This document shows positions 19,364 to 27,364 of a stretch of 33,889 nt of DNA, one piece after another. The notes under the pieces were generated by a model. It was not told the DNA's origin and did no database searches. It was given only the letters and a program-made list of their open reading frames with translations. Each line of letters starts with the position of its first letter. Position 1 is the stretch's first letter. Position numbers and translations under genes: made by a program. This DNA is from Bacteroidetes bacterium GWA2_31_9b (GTDB lineage Bacteria > Bacteroidota > Bacteroidia > Bacteroidales > UBA12077), in NCBI GenBank assembly GCA_001769005.1, contig MENE01000137.1:1-33889 (forward strand). The letters run 5' to 3'.

Positions 19364-19396
19364 ACAAAAAAGCCTTTCTCCGTTTGAAGAAAGGCT
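19364..19396 (-). terminator. Rho-independent terminator after rpsT
   Basis: AGCCTTTCT (19371-19379) pairs with AGAAAGGCT (19388-19396). A T-run follows the hairpin on the minus strand. Confidence 0.6.
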
Positions 19397-19416
19397 TTTA
19401 AAAAATATAGTAGTAA

Positions 19417-19668
19417 TTATAATTTATTCACTAATAAAGTTAAGCTTGATTTTAAGTTCGAAGCTTTATTTTTATGAATAACATTCTTTTTTGCTAATTT
19501 GTCTAGCATTGCAGTTACTTTTGGCAACATTTCTGTAGCTTCAGCTTTTTCAGTAGTAGCGCGTAATTTTTTAATCATATTACGAGTTGTTCTTGCATAA
19601 TATTTATTATGTAAAGTTACAATTTCGCTATGTCTCACTCTTTTTTCTGCCGACTTATGGTTTGCCAT
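19417..19668 (-). CDS. rpsT: 30S ribosomal protein S20
   Basis: [15 protein letters not shown] start, basic helical protein of 83 aa, typical bS20. Confidence 0.9.
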   Translation of the reverse strand: MANHKSAEKRVRHSEIVTLHNKYYARTTRNMIKKLRATTEKAEATEMLPKVTAMLDKLAKKNVIHKNKASNLKSSLTLLVNKL

Positions 19669-19701
19669 AATTCTTTTCTCCTTAATTCATTTTAAATTTT
19701 G

Positions 19702-19773
19702 TAGTCCGTAGGGGAATCGAACCCCTGTTACCAGGATGAAAACCTGACGTCCTAACCCCTAGACGAACGGACC
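19702..19773 (-). tRNA. tRNA-Glu (anticodon UUC)
   Basis: The minus strand reads GGTCCGT TC GTCT AGGGGTTAGGAC G TCAGG TTTTCAT CCTGG TAAC AGGGG TTCGATT CCCCT ACGGACT A. This folds as a clean cloverleaf with anticodon TTC. Confidence 0.9.
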
Positions 19774-19799
19774 AAATTCAAGTTCGAAACTTGGTGGTG

Positions 19800-19830
19800 C
19801 AAAAGTAAATGATTTTTTATTTCCTGCAAA
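19800..19830 (-). promoter_or_regulatory. Bacteroidota-type promoter for tRNA-Glu (and possibly rpsT downstream)
   Basis: The minus strand reads TTTG (19830-19827), a 19-nt spacer, then TACTTTTG (19807-19800). It ends 27 nt upstream of the tRNA 5' end. Confidence 0.5.
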
Positions 19831-19917
19831 TATTTTTAGAAAATTTATTTAAAAAAAGCACAATTATTTTCTTTTTTAACAAATTCGTAATAAAAACAAA
19901 CATTAACGATTTGAAAA

Positions 19918-21279
19918 TTATTGATTTATTAACTTTTTAGAAAAATCTATTAAGTTGATTCCTGAAAAACTTCCACTACTCATTAATAATATGTTCTTAT
20001 TTTTAAGATTTAAACTTTCAATAAATTGAATCAAATCTTTTTGTTCTGTAAAAACAATCAGTTTAGAATTGCCAAACGATTCACTAACTTGTTTTTTACT
20101 TATTGGGGCAAGCTTTTTATGTGCTATTACTTCCGGATTGTAGTAAACAACCGGAATGTCTGCAAGATCCATTGTTCCATTATATTCTTTTAAAAAATTT
20201 GCATTTAAACTACTGAAAGTATGTAATTCCATAACTGCAACAAGCTCTTTATTTGCAAACTGATTTTTTACTGCATTTACTGTTGCCTTAAGTTTTGATG
20301 GTGAATGAGCAAAATCTCTGAAAATCTTTGTATCTGAGTTCTCATTTAATAATTCCAAACGTTTTGAAGCCCCTTTAAAATGCGATATAGCTTCATAAAA
20401 TTCATCATTACTTATATTTAATTTATTGCAAACCAGCTTAGCACCACTTATATTTTGAAGATTATGTTCTCCAAAAATTTCGAGGGGAATTTCTGAATTC
20501 TTATAAATTAAAAATGTTTTATCCTTTTTCTGAGTATATGGGTGAACATCATAAGCTGTTTTTTTAATTTTATTATTTGATTTATCAACAATAACATTTA
20601 AAACCGGATCATTTTTATAATAAAAAAGTTCTCCATTTTTTTCAATTTGCTCAATAAATAAACTGAATTGTTCTTTGTAATTCTCAAATGTTGGAAAAAC
20701 ATTCATATGATCCCATGCTATACCACTAATTAAAGCAATATTTGGTTTATATAAATGAAATTTTGGTCTGAGATCAAGAGTTGATGATAAATATTCATCA
20801 CCTTCAAATATTGCTACCGGAGCCGATTCTGAAAGACTTACCATGGTTTCAAATCCTTCAATCTGAGCACCTACCATGAAATCAAAATTTTTGTTGTGAT
20901 AATTTAAAACATGCATAATCATTGATGTAATAGTTGTTTTACCATGACTACCACCAATTACTACACGAGTTTTGTTTTTAGTTTGTTCATACAAATATTC
21001 AGGATATGAATAAATCTTCAGATTTAATTCTCGGGCACGAATCAACTCAGGATTATCATCACGGGCATGCATACCTAAAATAATTGCATCAAGTTTAGAA
21101 TTAATTTTCTTCTTATCCCAACCTATTTCTATAGGTAATAATCCATGCTTTGCAAGATTGGTTCTTGATGGTTCGAAAATTTCATCATCCGATCCGGTAA
21201 CCTGATATCCTTTTTTGTGTAAGGTAATGGCGAGATTATGCATTGCGCTTCCACCAATAGCTATAAAATGAACATTCAT
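19918..21279 (-). CDS. mpl: Mur-ligase family protein, Mpl-like (UDP-N-acetylmuramate:L-Ala-gamma-D-Glu-meso-DAP ligase)
   Basis: MNVHFIAIGGSAMHNLA...GYQVTGSD N-terminal Rossmann region and a P-loop-like GGSHGKTTITSM. Central and C-terminal Mur ligase domains follow. I prefer the start at ATG 21279, because the upstream 23 codons (to 21348) look non-coding. Confidence 0.8.
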   Translation of the reverse strand: MNVHFIAIGGSAMHNLAITLHKKGYQVTGSDDEIFEPSRTNLAKHGLLPIEIGWDKKKINSKLDAIILGMHARDDNPELIRARELNLKIYSYPEYLYEQTKNKTRVVIGGSHGKTTITSMIMHVLNYHNKNFDFMVGAQIEGFETMVSLSESAPVAIFEGDEYLSSTLDLRPKFHLYKPNIALISGIAWDHMNVFPTFENYKEQFSLFIEQIEKNGELFYYKNDPVLNVIVDKSNNKIKKTAYDVHPYTQKKDKTFLIYKNSEIPLEIFGEHNLQNISGAKLVCNKLNISNDEFYEAISHFKGASKRLELLNENSDTKIFRDFAHSPSKLKATVNAVKNQFANKELVAVMELHTFSSLNANFLKEYNGTMDLADIPVVYYNPEVIAHKKLAPISKKQVSESFGNSKLIVFTEQKDLIQFIESLNLKNKNILLMSSGSFSGINLIDFSKKLINQ

Positions 21280-21378
21280 TATATTATATTTGTAATAGTA
21301 ATTTTGCTGTGAAGATACTAATTTTAGTAAATAATTATATCGCTTCATTCGTTAGTATTTACTTTAAACCATTTAAAT

Positions 21379-22212
21379 ATGAAACTATTTCCAATACATA
21401 TAACAAATTTTAAAATTGATGGAGGGGCTATGTTTGGTGTAGTACCTAAAGTTATGTGGCAAGTTAAATATCATGCTGATGAGAATAACCTTTGTAACTG
21501 GGCTTTAAGATCTTTATTAATTGATACCGGAAGCAGAGTAATATTAATTGATAATGGTTATGGTGATAAACAGGATGAAAAATATTTCAAACATGTTTAT
21601 TTAAATGGTGGCGATGGTTTGGACGGTGCATTAAAAAAACACGGATATTCTTTTAATGATGTAACAGATGTAATTTTAACTCATTTACATGCTGATCATT
21701 GCGGAGGGGGAGTAAAATATAATTCTGATAAAACAGGTTATGAATTAACATTTAAAAATGCAAAATATTGGGTTAGCAAACCACATTGGGATTGGGCTAT
21801 GAATCCAAATAAGCAGGAAGGTGCAGCTTTTCTGAAGGAAAACCTTATACCCATGCAGGAAAGCGGAAAACTTAAGTTTATTGAAAAAAATACTGAACTG
21901 TATCCTGATATTAATCTTCGTTTATACAATGGTCATACCGTAGGACAAATAATTCCATTTATAAATACAGGTAGTAAAACTTATGTTTTTGTTGCAGATC
22001 TTATTCCATCTACTGCACATATTCCTTTGGTTTGGAACATGGCTTACGATGTTCATCCTATGGTTACACTAAAAGAAAAAGAAGATTTTTTAAATGAAGC
22101 GGCAGATAATAATTATACTCTTATTTTTCAGCACGATTTGTATAATGAATGTTGTACAGTTCATAAAACTGAAAAAGGGGTAAGAGTTAAAGAAACATTT
22201 CCTTTGATTTAA
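21379..22212 (+). CDS. MBL-fold metallo-hydrolase
   Basis: HxHxDH motif (THLHADHCGG) plus downstream His/Asp ligand contexts (NGHTVGQ, VADL, FQHD). Confidence 0.8.
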   Translation: MKLFPIHITNFKIDGGAMFGVVPKVMWQVKYHADENNLCNWALRSLLIDTGSRVILIDNGYGDKQDEKYFKHVYLNGGDGLDGALKKHGYSFNDVTDVILTHLHADHCGGGVKYNSDKTGYELTFKNAKYWVSKPHWDWAMNPNKQEGAAFLKENLIPMQESGKLKFIEKNTELYPDINLRLYNGHTVGQIIPFINTGSKTYVFVADLIPSTAHIPLVWNMAYDVHPMVTLKEKEDFLNEAADNNYTLIFQHDLYNECCTVHKTEKGVRVKETFPLI

Positions 22213-22231
22213 GAAATTAAATATTTTTAAA

Positions 22232-22669
22232 ATGATACGTTCAAAATCACAAAGAAGAGTTTATAAATTTGTACACACACAAGATACATCAATACAAACA
22301 AATATTTATGGACGGATTTTTGAAACGGAATGGTTAAAAGTTGAATCCAATGGAATTATAACTGTTAAAGGATCGAATAATAGAGGATATGCATGGGATG
22401 GATGTTCTCCAAAATTTAATATATTACAGTTTACATGTGGTACTCCCGACGGGATGCTTGTGTATGAAACATGTTTTCCTATAACCTATTATGCATCAAT
22501 GTTTCACGATGCAATATATCAGTATAAAAAAGAAATAGATATTACTCGAAAAGAAACCGACAATCTATTTAAAGAGAACCTTAAAAAAGCTGACTTTATG
22601 TGGTGGTGGCTTTATTATTTTGCGGTTTGGGCTTTTGGATGGATTAGAGGAAAATGGAAAGTAAAATAA
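22232..22669 (+). CDS. DUF1353-like protein
   Basis: The pattern YAWDGCSPKF ... YYASMFHDAIYQY ... TRKETDNLFKENL ... YYFAVWAFG resembles DUF1353 (DG.S.P / HD..Y / R.EAD..F). This assignment is from memory only. Confidence 0.45.
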   Translation: MIRSKSQRRVYKFVHTQDTSIQTNIYGRIFETEWLKVESNGIITVKGSNNRGYAWDGCSPKFNILQFTCGTPDGMLVYETCFPITYYASMFHDAIYQYKKEIDITRKETDNLFKENLKKADFMWWWLYYFAVWAFGWIRGKWKVK

Positions 22670-22687
22670 ATTGTAATAATAATAAAA

Positions 22688-23737
22688 ATGATCATGCATA
22701 AACTTACAGATAGTACAATTGATAAGCTGGTTATTCATAAAGTTGGAAAAAAAAATCAGGATGAAAATATCCGGTTTTCAAAAAACCTGATTAAACTGAA
22801 TGATGATTTAAAAGATTTATTAGTTCGATATTTTCTTACTCCTTTTAAATCGGAAGAGTATTTTAATTTTTACCACGATTCGGATTTAAATCTGAACGAA
22901 GTATATCATTATGTTACAAAAATATTTTCTGAACCCGATTCATTCATTGAACAGTCTCGTAATCTTGCAAAACATTTGTACGAAAATTCAACTCATCCGA
23001 ATATAAATGGGGGTGAGTTTTATGTTGTGTACTTTAAACAATGCGAGTTTAACTATGAAATGGTTGATGCAATAGGATTATTTAAGTCGGAAACAAGAGA
23101 TACTTTTTTAAGAGTTTATTCAAATGATGAAAATTTTATTGTTGAAAGTGAACAAGGTATTGATATTAAGAAACTCGATAAAGGCTGTTTAATTATGAAT
23201 GTTGAAAATGAGAAAGGTTATATAGTTTCATCGGTTGATAAATTAAGCAAGGGTGAAGATGCCCGATATTGGATTGATGATTTTTTAAAAATCAAACAGC
23301 GCGAAGATGATTACTTTAAAACAGGTCAGGTAATTAAAATGTATAAAGAATTTGTTGTAAATAAATTATCGGATGAATTTCAGGTTACTAAAGCAGATCA
23401 GGCTGATATGTTAAATAAAACTAAGAAATTCTTTAAGGAAAATGATAATTTCGAGATGGAAGCTTTTGCAGGTAAAGTATTTGAACAACCTGAAATTATT
23501 GATACCTTTAATAAATTCAGGGTTGATTATGAAAACGAAAACGATCTCGAATTACCTTCCGAGTTCGAAATATCAGGAAATGCATTTAAGAAACAATCAA
23601 AATCGTTAAAAAGTGTAATTAAGTTAGATAAGAATTTCCATATTTATGTGCATGGGAATAGAGATTTTATTGTAAAAGGATTCGATGAAAAAACAGGATT
23701 GAAGTTTTACCAGGTATTTTTTAAACAAGAAAATTAA
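22688..23737 (+). CDS. Nucleoid-associated protein, NdpA/YejK (NA37)-like
   Basis: Length is about 345 aa. The N-terminus (IDKLVIHKVGKKNQ) is typical of Bacteroidota NA37-family proteins and the overall charge pattern fits. The true start may be the second Met (ATG 22694). Confidence 0.6.
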   Translation: MIMHKLTDSTIDKLVIHKVGKKNQDENIRFSKNLIKLNDDLKDLLVRYFLTPFKSEEYFNFYHDSDLNLNEVYHYVTKIFSEPDSFIEQSRNLAKHLYENSTHPNINGGEFYVVYFKQCEFNYEMVDAIGLFKSETRDTFLRVYSNDENFIVESEQGIDIKKLDKGCLIMNVENEKGYIVSSVDKLSKGEDARYWIDDFLKIKQREDDYFKTGQVIKMYKEFVVNKLSDEFQVTKADQADMLNKTKKFFKENDNFEMEAFAGKVFEQPEIIDTFNKFRVDYENENDLELPSEFEISGNAFKKQSKSLKSVIKLDKNFHIYVHGNRDFIVKGFDEKTGLKFYQVFFKQEN

Positions 23738-23760
23738 TTTTATTTAATTCAATATTAAGT

Positions 23761-23982
23761 ATGAAAATAAGAAAGAAAGGATATTGGTGGCTCTTAACAC
23801 TTACGATATTTTTTACAGTATTAGCAATAACAACAATTTTACCTGTAGAAACTGCTAGTAAAGTTAGTATGTTGGGCTACAAAGCACATTGTACATTTAC
23901 TCCAATAAGTACAATTCTTTGTATTTTACCGGCAGGTTTTGTGTGTTTTATTCGTAAAAGGTTTTTTGTAAGCTATAAATAA
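23761..23982 (+). CDS. Small predicted 2-TM membrane protein (hypothetical)
   Basis: Two hydrophobic helices (WWLLTLTIFFTVLAITTILPV and PISTILCILPAGFVCFI) with basic flanks. It lies 23 nt after the preceding gene. No family recognised. Confidence 0.4.
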   Translation: MKIRKKGYWWLLTLTIFFTVLAITTILPVETASKVSMLGYKAHCTFTPISTILCILPAGFVCFIRKRFFVSYK

Positions 23983-23984
23983 AA

Positions 23985-24365
23985 CTATTGAATTTGAACC
24001 AATTCAAAAGGGATTTCAATAGCGGATTTAAACTCTTCTCCTTTTTCTTCAATAAAGGTATCGTCGGCATTGAAATACCACGATATATTGATTTTTTTTC
24101 CGGTTTGTAAAACTTTTTGAAGAGTGAATAATATTTCGTAAATAAATTTCCCTGAAAGAGAATTAAAATAATCAAGCCTAAAAATTAAATGGGTTTGTTC
24201 ATTTGGATTCAAAGTATAAACTTCGAGCCATTGAATAAGTGGAATAAAAAATTTTGATGATTCTTCAGGAAAAGAGTTTCCAGTTATTTCAAAAATGTTT
24301 TTGTGAGGATTAAAATCAATTTTGGGTTTATCTTCAGAACCTTCACAAAAATATCTCTCAAACAT
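23985..24365 (-). CDS. DUF1987 / SiaC-like partner-switch phosphoprotein
   Basis: PKIDFNPHKNIFEITGNSFPEESSKFFIPLIQWLEVY ... FRLDYFNSLSGKFIYEILFTLQ ... ISWYFNADDTFIEEKGEEF matches the DUF1987 pattern (G.S.PE....FY.P...WL..Y / L.YFNTSS.K / W.Y...D.D..E.GE.F). Length is 126 aa. Confidence 0.75.
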   Translation of the reverse strand: MFERYFCEGSEDKPKIDFNPHKNIFEITGNSFPEESSKFFIPLIQWLEVYTLNPNEQTHLIFRLDYFNSLSGKFIYEILFTLQKVLQTGKKINISWYFNADDTFIEEKGEEFKSAIEIPFELVQIQ

Positions 24366-24377
24366 AACTACAAATTA

Positions 24378-25481
24378 TTATACGACAATATGAATAGTGA
24401 AAAATGATTTATCGTTATCAATTTTCTCAAAATTAAATACAAGGGGTTCAGATGTTCTTCTAGCAATATCTATCAATCCAATTCCTGCACCTCTTTTCTC
24501 AGGATCGTATCTTTCTTTAAGTTTAGAAAAATAGAATTCCTTAAGATTTTCAATACTTAACTTATTTAAATCCTGAAGATGGTTTTTAAGTTCTTCTACT
24601 TTATTGTTTTCAATAAAATTACCTGCATTTATTATATAAGTTGATTCTGATTTTCCAAGCAGAATAATTCCCTCACTCATTTTTTGATTTTTAAAACCAT
24701 GTTTGCTGATATTTTGCAATAATTCAACAATAATATGAAACACTTTTTTCTTTGATGACGAGCTTTTGAAAACACTTTTTAGATTGTTATCTACAATTTT
24801 CAAAACAGGCAAAATTGATTCCTGTGCAAAATCCCCTTTCTGAACTACAAGAATATTTTCTTCTTTCATTTTTTTATGAAATATAATCGCATCAGAAATT
24901 GGAGCATGTGTTGTATGTGATTCCTTAATTGAATCTTCTGATTGTAATAATATTTGATTATAAAAATACGACATGTATTTGTCAAAATCTTCGAAGGTAT
25001 ATTGTAATTTCTGGCCTGATTTACGTGCCATTTCAATTAGCCCTAAACCAGCTCCACCTTTTCCTGATATTTCATGATGTTCGAGTACATGCAAATAAAG
25101 ATCTCGTAGTTCATCTTTATTGAGGCTATTTACAACTTTTAACTGATCTTCGATTTTGCGAATATTTTTTTTAACAACTAAATTCCCGGATGCAATACAA
25201 TAAATATCATCCCAATTTCGAGTAAGAAAAAAACTGTTATTTTTATTTTTTTCAAGGTCGTTAATCATTTCCCCATGTCGAATAATGTTCTGAAAACATT
25301 CAGCCATAAGAAATGAAGCCTTCTTTTTCATTTTTGAAAGACCTTCAACATTATTAATATTATAATCGCTAAGCTCTATTAGCTTATTGGTTATTTCGTC
25401 GCTAATAACGCCATTATATAATAAACATAAATTATCGGTTTTTATCCTATCATAAAACCAGTAGGTAGTATTGATATCCAT
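24378..25481 (-). CDS. Tandem (duplicated) SiaB-like / RsbW-type GHKL serine-threonine protein kinase
   Basis: There are two modules of about 180 aa. Each has an N-box-like motif (ECFQNIIRHG and ELLQNISKHG) and a G-box (GKGGAGLGLIEMARKSG and KRGAGIGLIDIARRTS). It lies 12 nt upstream of the DUF1987 gene on the same strand. Confidence 0.65.
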   Translation of the reverse strand: MDINTTYWFYDRIKTDNLCLLYNGVISDEITNKLIELSDYNINNVEGLSKMKKKASFLMAECFQNIIRHGEMINDLEKNKNNSFFLTRNWDDIYCIASGNLVVKKNIRKIEDQLKVVNSLNKDELRDLYLHVLEHHEISGKGGAGLGLIEMARKSGQKLQYTFEDFDKYMSYFYNQILLQSEDSIKESHTTHAPISDAIIFHKKMKEENILVVQKGDFAQESILPVLKIVDNNLKSVFKSSSSKKKVFHIIVELLQNISKHGFKNQKMSEGIILLGKSESTYIINAGNFIENNKVEELKNHLQDLNKLSIENLKEFYFSKLKERYDPEKRGAGIGLIDIARRTSEPLVFNFEKIDNDKSFFTIHIVV

Positions 25482-25639
25482 ATATTTTGGCTTATCCAGA
25501 CATGAAATATAAATATAGCATAAAATTAATTAAAAGAGCTAATATTTTAATAAAAAAGTTTACAGAGGATTGTTTGATCTTTTTTAAATTTATAAGCTGG
25601 GAAAATTTAAAGTATATTTACAGTACATAAAAAACGACT

Positions 25640-26584
25640 ATGAAAGCTGCAATTATTCGAAAGTTCGGTTCTCCCGATGTATTTGAAATTACAGATGTAC
25701 TTATTCCTAAACCTAACAAAAATCAATTGTTAGTAAGGGTTTTTGCATCAGGAATTAATCCTATCGATTGGAAACAAAGAAAAGGAAATCACAGATTTAT
25801 ACTGGGTTCTCCATTTCCAATAATTTTAGGATATGATGTTTGTGCCGAAGTTGTAGAAATAGGTTTAAATATATCGAAATTTAAAACCGGAGATATTGTT
25901 TTTGGAGTACTAAACAATAAATATGGTGGAGCACTTGCCGAATATGCTTTAGGTACAGAAGAATGTTTTGCCTTAGCACCCAGAAATATTCGTTTTGATC
26001 AAGCAGCAGCTTTCCCTATGGTTTCTATAACTGTCTTGCAAGCTCTCCGCGATAAAGCTAATCTTAAAGAAGGACAAACAATTTTAATTAATGGGGCATC
26101 AGGAGGAGTTGGGCATATTGCAATTCAGATGGCTAAAATATTTAGAGCAAAAGTTATAGCAGTTTCTAGTAATAGAAATCAGTCATTTGTTGAAAGTTTT
26201 GAACCAAATCAATTTATAGATTATACAAAAACCGATTTGCTTAAATTAAAAGACAAAGTAGATGTATTTTTTGATGTTGCAGGAACTTATTCTTTTTTAA
26301 AATGTAAACATTTATTAAATGATGGTGGAGTTTATATAAATACATTGCCTCGACTTAAAATATTAGTACATAAGTTATTTCAGATATTTTCAAGAGGGAA
26401 AAAAGTAAAAACTTTATTAATGAAACATAGCAATTCAGACTTAGAGCAAATTAGTAGTTGGATTTCTCAAGGAAAGCTTAGGGTTGAGATTGATGAAACA
26501 TTTAATTTAAATAACATATCGGCAGCTCACGATTATGCTCAAAAAGGACATAATAAAGGTAAAAATGTAGTTATTATTAATTAA
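25640..26584 (+). CDS. Medium-chain dehydrogenase/reductase (NADPH:quinone oxidoreductase-like)
   Basis: GroES-like N-terminal domain (INPIDWKQRKG...GYDVCAEVVEIG) and Rossmann motif NGASGGVGHIAIQMAK. Zinc-ligand cysteines are not evident, which fits the QOR type. Confidence 0.85.
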   Translation: MKAAIIRKFGSPDVFEITDVLIPKPNKNQLLVRVFASGINPIDWKQRKGNHRFILGSPFPIILGYDVCAEVVEIGLNISKFKTGDIVFGVLNNKYGGALAEYALGTEECFALAPRNIRFDQAAAFPMVSITVLQALRDKANLKEGQTILINGASGGVGHIAIQMAKIFRAKVIAVSSNRNQSFVESFEPNQFIDYTKTDLLKLKDKVDVFFDVAGTYSFLKCKHLLNDGGVYINTLPRLKILVHKLFQIFSRGKKVKTLLMKHSNSDLEQISSWISQGKLRVEIDETFNLNNISAAHDYAQKGHNKGKNVVIIN

Positions 26585-26592
26585 CTGATGAT

Positions 26593-27300
26593 ATGTCTAC
26601 AAATTCAGAAATCTTTTTAAACGATTTCAATCAATTTGAAAAGTTTTTACAGGAGAAGTACAATAACAGTAATTATATGTCATACAGAGATATGATTCGA
26701 AATGCATCGTACAACAATGGTATTATTAAGCGATTTAAAAGAGAATTATACTTGTTCGGCGATTTACGTAATGTTCTTGTACATAATACCCGCATAAATG
26801 GTAAAATTATTGCAGAACCAATTGATGAGGTAATGGAGAAGTTTGAAACTATTGTAAAAGAAATTCAATATCCTGAGAAAGTAACAAAATTTAAAAAACT
26901 GGTTCATCAATGTTCTTCTGATGACAAACTATCTAAAGCTCTTAATTTTATTAATGATTTCAAAATATCACAAGTGCCAATAGTTCAGGATGGTAAAATT
27001 GTTGATGTATTAAACGGAAATCATATTGCAAGCTGGCTTGCAAAAAAAGAAAATGTAGTACCATCACAGGTTAATATTAAAGATGTATTAGTAAATGCTG
27101 ATCGAAGCAAAAATTTCGCAATTATATCTGAAACGATATCAATATATGATGCTGCTGAGATGTATAAAAAATCATTTCAACAACCGCCTGTTAATTGGTA
27201 CTTTGATGCAATTATAATTACTCCAAACGGTAAAAATAGTGAGCAAATGACTGGTATAATAGTATTAAAAGATATTGCAAGCTATATGCATATTGATTAA
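26593..27300 (+). CDS. Predicted HEPN-like (Rx4H) N-terminal domain fused to a CBS-pair domain
   Basis: The N-terminal roughly 95 aa form a helical domain ending in FGDLRNVLVHN (R59-x4-H64, nt 26767-26784). The C-terminal roughly 135 aa have two CBS-like units (ISQVPIVQDGKIVDVLNGNHIASWL and MTGIIVLKDIASYM). It lies 8 nt after the oxidoreductase gene. Confidence 0.55.
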   Translation: MSTNSEIFLNDFNQFEKFLQEKYNNSNYMSYRDMIRNASYNNGIIKRFKRELYLFGDLRNVLVHNTRINGKIIAEPIDEVMEKFETIVKEIQYPEKVTKFKKLVHQCSSDDKLSKALNFINDFKISQVPIVQDGKIVDVLNGNHIASWLAKKENVVPSQVNIKDVLVNADRSKNFAIISETISIYDAAEMYKKSFQQPPVNWYFDAIIITPNGKNSEQMTGIIVLKDIASYMHID

Positions 27301-27310
27301 GTAATTCAAT

Positions 27311-27346
27311 AAAAAAGCTTTCTGAATGGTTTCAGAAAGCTTTTTT
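27311..27346. terminator. Bidirectional rho-independent terminator
   Basis: AGCTTTCTGAA (27316-27326) pairs perfectly with TTCAGAAAGCT (27331-27341). The loop is TGGT. An A-run and a T-run flank the stem. It sits between convergent genes. Confidence 0.7.
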
Positions 27347-27364
27347 AATTTTTTTTATCTGATA

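Noticed and set aside
21280-21348. The N-terminal extension of the mpl-like gene (MKRYNYLLKLVSSQQNYYYKYNI).
   Set aside because: Mur ligase/Mpl proteins begin directly at the M..H..GIGG Rossmann strand. The extension looks like translated AT-rich promoter DNA.
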